DNA from: an uncultured Mycoplasma sp.
Lineage (GTDB): Bacteria > Bacillota_I > Bacilli_A > Mycoplasmatales > Metamycoplasmataceae
DNA length: 64,000 nucleotides
Direction of reading: 5' to 3'
NCBI GenBank assembly: GCA_947040465.1
Contig: CAMRBO010000001.1
Span: 112 to 64,111, forward strand
Both the position numbers and the translations under genes were made by a program. Within the stretch, counting starts at the first letter, position 1. Every line of letters starts with the position of its first letter. A model generated the notes under the pieces. It was not told the origin of the DNA. It ran no database searches and saw only the letters and a list, made by a program, of their open reading frames with translations. Shown here one piece after another: positions 1 through 14,880 of the stretch.

Positions 1-1918
<1,918 letters not shown>

Positions 1919-2153
1919 TTATATCTCCTGCTAATCTTATTTTCAAGATCAGTTATCTTAATTATATTTTAATTATTTATATATATATTTTTTTTCACAT
2001 ATGGAAAAAAAATTTCCTCTATAGAAAAAAATAAAAAAAGAAAAAATTATATTTATAATAGAATTAATAGATAGATTTTTATACAAATTTCATTTTATTA
2101 TTTTATAAGTATTATAAATTAACTATTATTCAAAAAACTATAGAAAGGCTTAT

Positions 2154-4592
2154 ATGTCTCAAAAAACCTTTAATTTAAAAGGGAAAAAAAGTGGGAGCTC
2201 TAAAATTTCAATATTTGCAATGATTTCTATTGCAATATTAGCTATTTTTTCTTTCCAAAATGTAATTGATAATTATGTAGGAATGGGATTGAGTGCTTCA
2301 ATCGCTTTCTTTATAGCTGTTATAACATTTTTATTCCCATTTATCTTTATGATTGCAGAATTTGCATCATTAAAAAAGAGTTCCAAATCTGGATTAACCA
2401 GTTGGATTCACACTTCTGTCGGGAGGAAAACAGCATTCATTACTTCGTTTATGTTTTGATTTGCTAATTTAACTTATTTTTTCTCAGCAGTACCACAAAG
2501 GATAAATTTTTTATCTTTTGCTGTAACAGGGCAAGATTTAACAACAAATGATATTTATAAAACTTTAATTCCATTTATTGCTGTATTCTTTTTTGGAATA
2601 ATTACATTTGTTTCAACATTAAATACCAAAAAATTATCAAAGATTGTTTCTTTAGGGGGGGGTCTTATGTTAGGTTTGACGGCTTTCTTCTTTATTATGG
2701 CTACAATCGGTTGAATAACAGGAGCAATCGATCCCACCTTACTTCCAGGAACTGAAGCCCCCGGAGTTGGAGATATTAACTTTTGGGGAGATACAGGAGG
2801 ATTAAATTTCGCTTGATTATCAACATTTATTTGAGTTCTTATGGCAGCTGATGGTGGTCAATCATTAGGTGTTTATGTAAAAGATGTCAATGGAGGTAAA
2901 AAATCCTTTACTAAAGCCATGATTATTTCGGTTATGGTTATTGGAGGATGTTATATAGTAGGTACTTTATTAGCTTCTGTTTTTCCACCAACTGGAGGTT
3001 TAGCTTCTGGATGAGCAAATTCGTTTGTTAAAATATTTTCATTTATATTATCCCCAATGGGAGTCTCTCAAGCTGCAATTACACAATCAGCTTATATTAT
3101 AATTGGTTCGATTTTCTTTATATCTTCAATTGGAGGTTTAATTATTTGAACATCAGCTCCAGTTAAAGTAATGTTTAGTGAAATAGCTCCAGGAATTTTT
3201 GGTTCCAAACTATCAAAACAAAATAAAAATGGGGTCTGTTCTTATGGTGCATGGTTGCAATTTTTATTAGTTGCTCCATTCCTAATATTACTTACATGAC
3301 CAATGGGAGAATCGCTTAGTGAAAATCTATCTTTAATAAAAGGTGCTGCAGGTTGAATTGGTATGCTACCATGGATAATAATTTTTCTTTCTTATGTTAA
3401 TTTACGACTTAGAAAAGATGGCGAAGAACGAAGTTTTAAAATGGGAAATAGAAAATTTGGAATAACAATGGGAATATTTCTTACCACTCTAACAGCCATT
3501 ATTTTAGTTCTAACATTTATGGATGGGACACCTTTGGAAAAACCTATTTCCGAGTGACCTTCCAATTGATGAATGGGACCTTTAATGAAAGTTATGATGA
3601 TTGTAATGATTGTAGTTCCTGCATATCTTTGATATTACTTTAAGTATGAATATCAATTAAGAGATACTAAAATTGCTATCGAGAACAACTTATCAACAAA
3701 ATATGCTCTCATTAAATATTCACTTACTAATAAATTTGTATTATGATTGCACCCTGAGATATATGATAATTATTTATTAAATAAAAATCAATTATTATTT
3801 AATGGTAGTGAAAAATCTTTATCAATAATAGATAAAATAAATATTCAACTAAGAATTAAAAGTGAAATTTCTGAAAAATTAGAACAAGCTCTTACTGATG
3901 GTGATTATATAGAAGTGAAAAAACAAAGTTCGCTACAACACAAGGCTGCATCAATTGAAATTAAAAAATTTAAAAAAGAAATAAATAATAATAAAAAAAA
4001 TGTTCAACATGCACTTTATCAACTAAAAAAAGAGTACAAAATGGAAGTTAAAGTTTGTGGTAATAATTTAAGATTAGAAACCAAGAATTTTTATGCGGAA
4101 ATCATGACTCCTTTACTTATAGCTTATAAAGCTGAAGATAATAAAAACACCAACAACTTAAAAAGAATTATGCTTAATGAATTACCAATCATTCAAGAAA
4201 AAGACATTGAATTTAGTAATAATGAAAACTATCAACAATATGAAACATTTGCTGCTTCATCATATTATTCACCATTTCAACATTTTAGATTAGAAGATAA
4301 GATTATTATCAATAAGGAAGAAATTATTATAGTAAGAAATTTTGCTAATTCATTAGTGGGTGAAAAATTTGGAATTCAAAATATTAAAATGTTTAAAGAA
4401 ACCATAGACAAAGATATTGAAGTAATATCTGCAGGGAATTATGAAAAATTAGAATTAGTTTCTATTATTCACCTAGAAAACAATCAATTTGAAATTTTTA
4501 AAATTTATGTTAAAAATGTAGATGATTTTATTCAAACCTTTAATGAAATGAGTTATTCATCAAGTGATGATCTTGCAAAAAACATATTATAA
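2154..4592 (+). CDS. APC-family amino acid/polyamine permease (YgjI-like) with a ~300-aa soluble C-terminal extension, 812 aa
   Basis: Track ORFs at 2154, 3363 and 3747 share one frame, and reading through found only TGA interruptions. About 12 hydrophobic segments, motifs FMIAEFAS, GLTSWIHTSVG and GIFGSKLSKQNKNG, then a hydrophilic tail. Confidence 0.85.
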
Positions 4593-4655
4593 AACACAAA
4601 AACTTAATCTACAACACATAACCATTAATCATAAAGGGTTAAAAAAGGAACTATA

Positions 4656-6761
4656 ATGAAATACAAAAATATTCTAGATTATTCGAGTCATTCTGAGGCT
4701 GAAATTAATTTTCAATCAATTCCATATGATGCTCTTTATAATTATAAAGATACAAATAAATCAAACGTGTTTGCGGATAATGGTTCGTGACATGGTTATT
4801 ATTTGCCCAAGAATAACATAAGCTCTTTTGCTGGACCGATGGTCTTATCACAAGAAATCCCTTTAAATATTGGCAAATATTTAAATAAATTAAATATTAA
4901 ATATAATAATAAACAAATTGATTTCAATGATTCTAAAAGCGAATTATATTCTTTACCTGGTAAATTAATTTTGAATTTTGAATTTAGAGATTTTATTGTA
5001 AGTAAAAAATTAATTTTTTGTAATAATAGAACCGCTTTAATAAAAACCACAATTATAAATAAGACTAATAAAAAAATTAATATAGATATTTCTATAGAGG
5101 GAAGTGTTTATTTAAAAGTTAAAACTAAGTCTTCTGATAAATTAAAAAATGATTCCAAATTCTGATTCAAATATTTTAAGAAAATTGAAAATTATGACGA
5201 TTCAATAAACATTATTTTTAAACCTATAATTAATAAACAAATTGAAGAAAAACTCCATTTACAATATGATAAAAAAATTCAAAAATTTGAAGTTTTTGAA
5301 AAAGAAAATGAATTGATTTTCAATAGTGAATTTGGTAATTTTGAAATTGCAGCTAATGATTTATTAGAATTCAATTCATTCGAATCATTTCTATTTAATC
5401 AAGAAAAAAATGATTGTTTATTTAGATTAAGTAATAATTATACTATTGAAAATAATGAAAGGTGAAATAAATATATTGACAATATAATGAAAATTAATAA
5501 TCAAGTTGAATATGAAAATTTAATAATTAAATCACTACAAACATTGGTTTCAAATTGACGTTCTCCTGCAGGAGTAATAAATAAAAACTTTATGATACCA
5601 TCGATTACTTATCAAGATTTTATCGGAGCATGATCATGAGATACATGAAAAATTGTTGTTGGCGTTGCTCAATTTGATGCAGCTTTAGCTCAAGAATGTC
5701 TAGAGGCAATGTTTGAATTCCAAATTAAGGATAATGATATTGTGCGTCCAAATGATGTTGGTATGATTCCTGATTGTATTTTTTTCAACTATTCTCCTGC
5801 AAGAGGTGGTGTAGGTTTTAATTGAAATGAAAGAAATAGCAAACCACCTATTGCGGCTTGAGCTGTTAATGAAATATATAAAATTTCAAAGGATATATCT
5901 TTTTTGAAAAAGATATATCCTAAAATTATCGCTTATAATGAATGATGAAATAACAACAGATCTCTAAATAAAGATTGTATTTTGCAATATGGTGGAACTG
6001 TTGATGAACAAAATAATTTTGAAGATGAAAAAACTATTATTGAAGCAGCAGCTTGAGAAAGTGGAATGGATAATGCACCAAGATTCGATTGAGATAGAGC
6101 TAAAGTAGAAAAAGTATTTCAGGAAGAAAATTTAATAGGTTATGTAATAGATCAAATTAGTGTTGATTTAAATTCATTTAATTATTTAGACTTTGTTTCC
6201 CTAAAAGAATTGGCAAAAATTTTAAAATATGACTCTGAGATAATTAAATATGAAGATTGTGCAAAAAAAGTAAGTACATTTGTTAATAAATATATGTATA
6301 ACAAACCTACTAAATTTTATTATGACATTAAATCAATTGATAAGAGAAAAGTTGTTGATTATGGTAAGGGTATGGAAGGAATAATGCCTCTTTTTTCTGG
6401 CTTGGCAACAACTGAAAATGCCAAAGAAATTATCCAAAATATTCATGATAAAAACTATGACCAATTTGTGCCATTTCCTTCAGTTTCAGTTAATAATGAA
6501 CGATTTTCAGAAAATGACTATTGGAGAGGCCCTGTTTGAGTAGACCAATTATACTTCGGTATTCAAGGTGTTGCCAACTATGGATATGATTTATTTGCTA
6601 AAAAATTAGCCATAAAAGCACTTGACAATATGGAAAATTTATTAGGAAATTCATCTATTAGAGAAAATTACAATGCATTAACGGGACACGGTTTAGCAAC
6701 TACAAACTTTAGTTGATCGGCTTCACTATTATTAATTATTATTAAAGATATAATTAATTAG
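4656..6761 (+). CDS. ygjK: GH63 alpha-glucosidase, YgjK-like, 701 aa, no signal peptide
   Basis: N-terminal YKNILD and DNGSWHGYYLP; core GAWSWDTWK, NWNERNSKPP, AWESGMDN, YWRGPVW, IRENYN and NFSWSA are characteristic of YgjK. Stop TAG at 6759-6761. Confidence 0.88.
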
Positions 6762-8466
6762 CAATTATTTCTTCTTCAGGAGGAGTGATTAATCTTAAGT
6801 CATCAGTATAAAATATAGTTGAAGTAATTATTGGTCTTCTTCTTTTAGTTTTGTAAAAATATGGTTGAAGTCTCTCTTGAATTAATTTCTTAAGTTGTTG
6901 AGTGGTTCAATTATCACTATTTTTAATTTTATACAATAAAGCTCCGTGAACGAGTCTTCTTGATTCAGTAATAATAGGAAGGGAAGTTTTAACATAAAGT
7001 GTTCCTCTAGATATTATTTTTGTTCTTCCGATAATTTCATTCCTTGATCTATTGATAGTAACTACCACATGAACAAAACCACTTTCGCCAAGAACTTCTC
7101 TCTCTTTAATGATTTTTGATGTCATTTCCGAAGCAACATCTCCATCAATATATATTGGTGTTGCGTCTATTCTATTTTGAGATAAAGTAATTTTTCGATT
7201 TAACATCTCATAAACTTCTCCATGAGCAGCAATAAATATATTTTCAACTTTAACTCCATTTTCAACAGCAGTTTGTCCATGAACAACAGACATTCTATAT
7301 TCACCATGATATGGTACAAAATAATCAGGTTTAGTCAATTGAAATATTTTATCATGCTCTTCTCTATATGCGTGTCCTGAAGTATGCAAATAACCATCAA
7401 TTCTATTTTCTTTGATATCTGCACCTAACTTGTATAAATTATTAATTAATAATTCTATTTTCATTCTATTCCCTGGAATGGGAGAAGAAGAAAATAAAAT
7501 TAAATCTCCATTCTTAACTTGAACTTGAGGATGTTTTCCAATTGCCATTTTCGCAAGTGCTGCAAGTTGTTCTCCTTGAGATCCGGTGGTAAGGATAACT
7601 ATTTCATTTTCTGCAAATTTGGAAATATTTTTTTTATCAATAAAAACGGATGAATCTACATTAATATATCCAATGTCCCTACCAATATTAACTCCATTAA
7701 CCATTGAACGACCAAATGCCACCACTTTTTTACCCAATTCTGCTGCCATTTCTATTATGGCGCTAATTCTCGTCATGTTAGAAGCAAAAGCTGTAATAAT
7801 AATTTTTCTTTCTGCATTTTCCATATATTTCTTGATATCTTTTAAAATATCTTTTTCAGAAGGTGAGTGTGAAGGTCTCATCGCATTAGTCGAATCCGAA
7901 AATAAAACAGTTAAATTTTCATCTCCCATTTGTTTTAATTTATCAAAATCTGTCATATTACCGATTGGAGTATAATCAAATCTAAAATCTCCAGTAAACA
8001 TTAATGATCCATTTGGTGTAGAAAACCTTATTCCGAATGCATCAGGAATCGAGTGTTGAGCTGTTCAAAAATCAACAGAAACATCACCAAAAACAAATTT
8101 TTCATCTTTTTCAATTTCAATAAACTTAACATTTGTCTGTAACTTTCTTTCGCTAATTTTAGCCTCTAAATATTTAATCGCTATTCTGGGTGCATAAATA
8201 AATTTAAGATCTATTTGTTGTAATAAATAAGGAATTCCTCCCATATGATCTTCATGACCGTGAGTTAAAAATAATCCTTCTATTTTATTTTGGTTGGCTT
8301 TTAGATATTTATAATTTGGAATTATACCTTTAATACCAGTAATTGAACCATTACCAAACTTTATACCAGCATCTAGTATAAATATTTTATCATTATGTTC
8401 TATTACAAGTGTTGATTTACCAATTTCTTGCATTCCACCTAAACCAAAAAACTTTGTTGGTTGCAT
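6754..8466 (-). CDS. rnj: Ribonuclease J
   Basis: GLGGMQEIGK, LTHGHEDH, TGDFRFD, HTSGHA and PYHGE motifs. Stop TAA at 6754-6756 overlaps the ygjK end. Confidence 0.95.
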
Positions 8467-8764
8467 ATGTTCTCCTATTTTTTAAATTTTGAATATTTTG
8501 AATTTAAAGCCTTTAATTTTCTAAGTTGATTTAATTATATTATATTTTGTAGACTAGTTCAATATTATTCATAAAATATTTATATATTATTTAAAATCAA
8601 CATAATGAAAATATTGACGGACATTGTTTCATTTCAAACAAAAACCTTAATATAAATCTTATTAAGTCAATTATTGAAATAAATATAAAAATTATAAGTA
8701 TTTATAAACTATATTAAAGGTAATTATAATATAATTAAATTAATACAAAAATTAGGATGTAATT

Positions 8765-9538
8765 ATGGGAAGTTTAAACGTTAATCAATTGTTTCAATTT
8801 GGTGCAAGTGAATTCGTTGGAACAATGTTGCTTATTTTATTAGGTAACGGAGTTGTTGCAACTTGTTCACTAAATGGAACAAAGGGAAAAGGTAGTGGAT
8901 GAATTGCCATTACTTTAGGATGATTTACAGCACTCTTTATTTCTGTAACTGTCGCTAATGCCATAGCACAAGGTACAGGAATGCCTACGGGATTATTAAA
9001 CCCAGTATTCACTATTAATCACATGATTATAAATGCCGTCGATAGTTCTCAAGGTCTTCCGGTGGCAGCAGGATTTATTGCATTCTTATTTCAGTTTTTA
9101 GGTGCAGGTATTGGTCAACTATTAGTTGTTCTTGCATTCAAAAAACAATATGATGCTACAGAAGACTCGGCAGTTATTTTAGGAACATTTTCAACAGGTC
9201 CTGAAATAAGATCATTAAAATGAAATTTTGTATCAGAAGTTATTGCTACTTTTGTTTTTGTTTTTGCTATTTCTTCCATCGGAATTATAATTCCAACATC
9301 AAATTCTCAAGGAGCATTATTTGCAGGATTAATAATTTTTGGTGTAGGAATGTCATTAGGTTCTGCAACAGGATACTCTTTGAATCCCTTTAGAGATTTG
9401 GTTCCGAGATTAGTTCACCAAGCAATACCACTTAAAAACAAAGGAAAATCTGATTGAGGATATTCATGAGTGCCTACTGCCGGACCTATTGTTGGTGGAC
9501 TAATAGCTTTAATTTGTGCTCCAGGGTTATTTTATTAA
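8765..9538 (+). CDS. glpF: MIP family aquaglyceroporin / glycerol uptake facilitator
   Basis: SEFVGTMLLILLGNGVVA, LLNPVFT, FSTGP, GYSLNPFRDLVPR and YSWVPTAGPIVGG. Confidence 0.88.
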
Positions 9539-9542
9539 AATT

Positions 9543-9573
9543 ATTTAAACATTTTCTTATAAAATGTTTAAAT
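9543..9573. terminator. Hairpin between convergent glpF and def, probable bidirectional terminator
   Basis: Perfect 13-bp stem atttaaacatttt / aaaatgtttaaat with loop cttat. The stem is AT-rich and overlaps the def stop codon. Confidence 0.55.
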
Positions 9574-10108
9574 CTTCTTCTTTTACTCAAGGGTTTTTTT
9601 GATCAATATGATCAATAAATAATTTTCCTTCAAGATGATCTAGTTCATGTTGAAAAACTATGGCAACGAATCGTTTGCAATCAAATGTTTTAATTTTCTT
9701 TTCATTATATGAATATGCTTCTACAACAATTCTTTCTGACCTCTTTATAAATCCATCCTGATTCGCATCAGTTTCTCTAACACTTAAGCATCCTTCACCT
9801 TGTTTTAAAGCTATCATACCTTGACTTTTTGCTATTATTTTAGGATTGATTATTGTATCACTAAAAACTATTTGATCATCTTCATCTAAAATATGTACAA
9901 AAAAAATGTTTTTTAATATCCCATATTGAACGGCAGCAACACCCACAGCTGGCCTAAAATTTGTTTCTGGTTTAGTACTATCTATAACATGATACATCAT
10001 TTTTTGAACCAATAAATCATCTTCTTTACTTAATGGTATTGCTACATTAACAGATTTTTCTCTCAAAATATTGTTTGGCAATTTAATAATTTTTACATCA
10101 AATTTCAT
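9557..10108 (-). CDS. def: Peptide deformylase
   Basis: VGVAAVQ, EGCLS and QHELDHL motifs. Extended through TGA to TAA at 9557. Confidence 0.95.
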
Positions 10109-10164
10109 AATAGAAATTATAAATAAAATAAATATTTTTTTATTAAAAATATATAATTAAAATT

Positions 10165-11418
10165 ATGTTAGATATAAAGATATTGAAAAATGATATAGAT
10201 TTTGTTATTAAAAGTTTAAATTCAAGAAATTTTGATAAAAGGATTTTAAAAAAGATTTCATTATTGATTTCAGATAGAAATAAAAATATGAATACTTTAT
10301 CTGAATTGCAATCTGAAAGAAACACTATCTCAAAAGAGATTGGCCTTACAAAAGATAAAGAGGATTTGTTACAAAAAGCTAATAAATTAAAGAATGAAAT
10401 TTTAGTTGTTGAAAACAATGTGAAAGAGTTTCAAAATGAACTAGATTTGTTACTGCCATTTGTTCCAAACATTCCTTTATCACATGTTCCAATCGGAAAT
10501 AATGAAGAACAAAATGTAATCATAAGTGAATTTCCAAAAATAGGTAGAGGATTAGTTGTAGCGATGAAACCACACTATGAAATAGGTGTTGAAAAAGAAA
10601 TTATAGATTTTGAAAGAGCGGTCAAAATATCAGGAACTAGATTTGTTATTTTTAAAAATAATGGTGCAAAATTAGTTAGAGCCCTTTCAAATTTTATGCT
10701 TGATACACATGAAAAAAATGGATATACAGAAATGTCAGTTCCATTAATGGTTAATACAAAGACAATGTATGGAACAGGACAATTGCCTAAATTTAAAGAA
10801 GATTTATTCAAGATTGAAGGTAGTGATTTATGAATGATTTCTACAGCTGAAATACCTTTAACAAATTATTATAATAATGAAATTATTGATTTAAATAAAC
10901 CCAAATTATTTTGTGCTTCTACTCCTTGTTTTCGATCTGAGGCTGGTTCTGCAGGAAAAGATACAAGAGGAATAATAAGATCTCACCAATTCAATAAAGT
11001 TGAGATGGTTAAAATATCAAATGCAGAAGATGCAATGAAAGAGTTTGAAAAAACCATTCAAGATGCAGAGAATCTCTTAATTGCTTTAGAACTCCCATAT
11101 CGAAAAATATTATTATGTACTGGAGATATGGGATTCAGTTCAAGAATTACATATGATTTAGAATTATGATTACCTTCGGAGCAAAGATATCGTGAAGTTT
11201 CTTCTATTTCATACTTTGGAGATTTTCAATCAAGAAGAGCGATGATAAGATACAAAGATAAAAATGATAAAATTCAATATGCACATACAATAAATGGTTC
11301 CGGTTTAGCAATTGATAGAGTGATTGCAGCAATATTAGAACAATACCAAAATCAAGATGGAACAATAGATGTTCCTACAGTTTTGTCACCATACATGAAT
11401 AAGGAAACAAAAATATAA
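10165..11418 (+). CDS. serS: Serine--tRNA ligase
   Basis: MLDIK start, [27 protein letters not shown] and HTINGSGLA. Confidence 0.97.
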
Positions 11419-12416
11419 TGAACAAAAACTTCAAGAAAACACTAAAGGAATTTAAAAAATTTGATATTGAAAATATAATAGAATTTTCACTTGAAGTCCC
11501 TGCAATTAGCATCAAAAATTATACTAAAACTTTTAAAAAATTTGTTGCTGTCGAAAACATCAATATGGAAGTTACTCAAGGAACAATACATGGATTTATC
11601 GGTCCTAACGGATCAGGTAAAACAACCATTATAAAAACTTTGATTGGTGCATATATTTATGATAATGGAGAAATAAAGATTAATATTCATAAAGCAGGCA
11701 CTGTAATGGCGAATTCTTTAATAGGTTATATTCCTGAACGCGCTTCTTTCCCAACTCACTTAAATTGTTTGCAATATTTACAAACTATGGCTGAAATTTC
11801 TGGATTTTCTACAAAAGAAGCTAAAATTAAGTCCAAGCAAATTTTAGAAGAATTAAAACTTTCTCATTTAGCTAAAAGGAATCCAAGCAAATTTTCTTCA
11901 GGAATGCAAAAAAAAATATTATTGGCGCAAGCTCTATTAAATAATCCTAAAGTTTTAATTTTAGATGAGCCAGCAGCTAACCTAGATCCCATAGCAAGAA
12001 AGGAATTATTTGATACTTTATTTATGTTAAAAAATAGTGGAAAATCAATATTAATATCTTCTCATATTCTAACAGAATTAGAAAGAATTGTTGATGATGT
12101 AACTTTTATTCATTATGGAAAAATAATTTATTCTGGTAAATTAGATTATTTTAATAATTTGAAACAAGATGTATTTATTAAAAGTAATGATAATGAAAAA
12201 CTTGCTAAATATTTAAATGATTTAGGATATTGTACAAGTTTAAATTTAGGTAATGAACTTGTTGTTAAAGATGTAGAAAATGAATTTAAGGCAATACTAC
12301 AATATAATATTTCTATTTCAGGAATAGATATTAATGTTTATAGATCTTCTGACTTAATGTCTATTTATGATTATTTATTACAAAAAAATAATGAGGTTGA
12401 TGATGCCAATTTATAA
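11418..12416 (+). CDS. ABC transporter ATP-binding protein (ABC-2/exporter type)
   Basis: Walker A GPNGSGKT, signature FSSGMQ, LILDEP and SSH. Start overlaps the serS stop (TAATG). Confidence 0.92.
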   Translation: MNKNFKKTLKEFKKFDIENIIEFSLEVPAISIKNYTKTFKKFVAVENINMEVTQGTIHGFIGPNGSGKTTIIKTLIGAYIYDNGEIKINIHKAGTVMANSLIGYIPERASFPTHLNCLQYLQTMAEISGFSTKEAKIKSKQILEELKLSHLAKRNPSKFSSGMQKKILLAQALLNNPKVLILDEPAANLDPIARKELFDTLFMLKNSGKSILISSHILTELERIVDDVTFIHYGKIIYSGKLDYFNNLKQDVFIKSNDNEKLAKYLNDLGYCTSLNLGNELVVKDVENEFKAILQYNISISGIDINVYRSSDLMSIYDYLLQKNNEVDDANL

Positions 12417-14154
12417 GTCTACTTTATTTAAATTTTTGAAATCTTTTTCAACTTGATTCCCTTTACTTGTTACACTTTTAATAGTTTCATTGATAGGAGC
12501 TATTTTGCCTTTTTTATTTTTAGACCTTCAAGCACCATCTGTAATTCAAACATATAAATTATATATTGTTGCCTCAGTCACAACCCTAGGTTCAGCAACA
12601 TCCATTGTTTCAGCAACATTTGCATCATACAAGGCGGTGCAAATATATAAACAAGAAATAGAAGAAGGAACATTCTTAGTTCTAGTCTCTAAACCAATCA
12701 ATAGAAAGAAAATTATTTTTGAAAAATGGTTGGCACTTTTTACAATAATAACTTTATATGTTTTTATTTTGATATCTTTTTATGTATTTTTAGTTTTGAT
12801 TATTGATCCTGGAAATAGAATAGCGAATTTAGATATCCCTCCAATTAGTGACAAGATATTTATAGTGGGCGTGATTCTGATGGTAATTATTTTAATGTTG
12901 ACATTAATGTTTTCTTCTATAGCATTAATTTTATCATCTAAATTTTCTTCGTCAGCGACCATTGCTTTAGTAGCTGGTTTGGGTGCAATAATACCAATCA
13001 CAGGACTTATACCCACTTTCACCAACAAACAGCCACAATCAATGATAACGGTTCCTGTTAACCCTTTAAATGCCACCAAAACACCAAGAGATGAAACTAT
13101 ATTATTTATTGAAGAAGTTATTGGTAATCCTGCTTTAAATCAAGAAAGTATTTTGAATTTATTTGACAAAGTTATTACATCTTATGATTCAATGGAAGGA
13201 AACGATGGATATGTTAATAATCTTGGAGTTGATTCTGGGCAAGTGGATATATATTCTGATTTGTTCTTTTTAGATTTGAATTATCAACTATCTAATATAT
13301 CGACAATTGCAAGTGATTTATTAATTCCTAAAAAGGATAGTGACTTTATCGCTACTGCAGCAATGATTGGTGGTTTTACACAAAGCCCTACACTGAGTGG
13401 AGAAATAAAAATAGTTAAAAAAAATATTAAAATTTCTGAATTATCAACTATGATTTTGAATACATTACAAGAGTATAAATCAGTTACTACAAGCAAGGAA
13501 TACGGCGAAGGAATTTATCCATTTTTTGATTACATTCTTTTAGCAAATGGTTTTACAAATATTGCCAAAACAACCAATGAGAATTTTACACAAAATTTAA
13601 TGATATTAATTCCATTAATGATGAAAGATACAAGCTTTCTATTATCACCTATAATATCAACAATATTAAACGATGAAAATATTTCAGATGATTTAAAGAG
13701 AAAATTAGAAAATAAGGACAATCCCTTTTTAGGAGAAATAAAAGGCATAGAAGCTTTATTATTAATTAAAATTAATATTGAGCTTGGGGTTGGGGTTAAT
13801 TTAATAATTTCCAATAATTATGTTAATAATTTTTATATAAAAAATGAAATTGCCCAAATAACTGATTATAATCATGCCTTAATTTATTTAGATACATTAA
13901 CTAATGGCAATGATGATTTATCAGAAATAATTAATGTTTTTTGTTCTTTTATAGCGTCAAATATTCCAAATGAAAAATCTATAATACAACTATCTAACAT
14001 ATTATCCTTAACTGAAAAATCAGTTAATGGAGTTAGCAGTTTTGAATTTGGTGATTATGCAAATAAATGAATACTATTTGGAATATATTCCTCAATAACA
14101 TTTATATTATTACCCACTTCATACTTAATTATTAAAAAACAGGATATTAGATAA
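12403..14154 (+). CDS. ABC-2 type permease with a large extracellular loop
   Basis: EIEEGTFLVLVSKPINR motif, several TM helices, C-terminal KKQDIR. SD GAGG at 12393; alternative ATG at 12400. Confidence 0.85.
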
Positions 14155-14157
14155 ATT

Positions 14158-14880
14158 TTGAATAAAAATTTGGATTTGTTCATTTCTATTGGGAACACCA
14201 GAACAAGCTTTGCTGTATTTGAGAAATCAATTGATAATATCAAGATTATTAAAAAAAACACCAAACTTTTTTTTAACACAATGGATTTTGAAAAAATATT
14301 TGATTTTCTGAATGTGAATGTGCAGAAAATATTTGTTTGCTCTGTTGTAGAATATGCCAATAAAAAATTACTTTTGTTTTTTAAAGATAAAGAAGTTATT
14401 TTTCTAACATCTTCTAACCAAAATTTAATAAAACTAAATTTATTGGATAACCCTAACGAGGTTGGCAATGATATTCTTGCTTCTGCAATATATGCAAATA
14501 TTTTAAGTAAAAATATCATAATAGCTTCTTTAGGTACAGCCACAGTCATTTCTAATGTGGTGAATGGATCATTAATTGGTTGTATTATTTTTCCTGGTTT
14601 GGGAATATCTTATAAATCTTTGATTACTAATACAATGATTAAAAAAATTGAATTGAATTGAACAAACAAAGATATTGGTACAAACACAAAAGACGCTTTA
14701 AGTATAGGTATTATTAAAGGACATCAAATAATAATTAAAGAGCTTTCTAAACCATTTCATACGATTGATACACTATATATATACTTTGGTGGGAATGCTC
14801 CTTATATAAAATTAAAGGGATGAAAGAAAATTGAAGACATAGATATTCTTGGATTATATTTATTCTCTTTGAGTAGGTAA
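14158..14880 (+). CDS. coaX: Type III pantothenate kinase (divergent)
   Basis: ISIGNT, CSVV, EVGND, SLGTAT, GCIIFPG, IGTNTKDA and FGGNA. TTG start. Confidence 0.8.
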
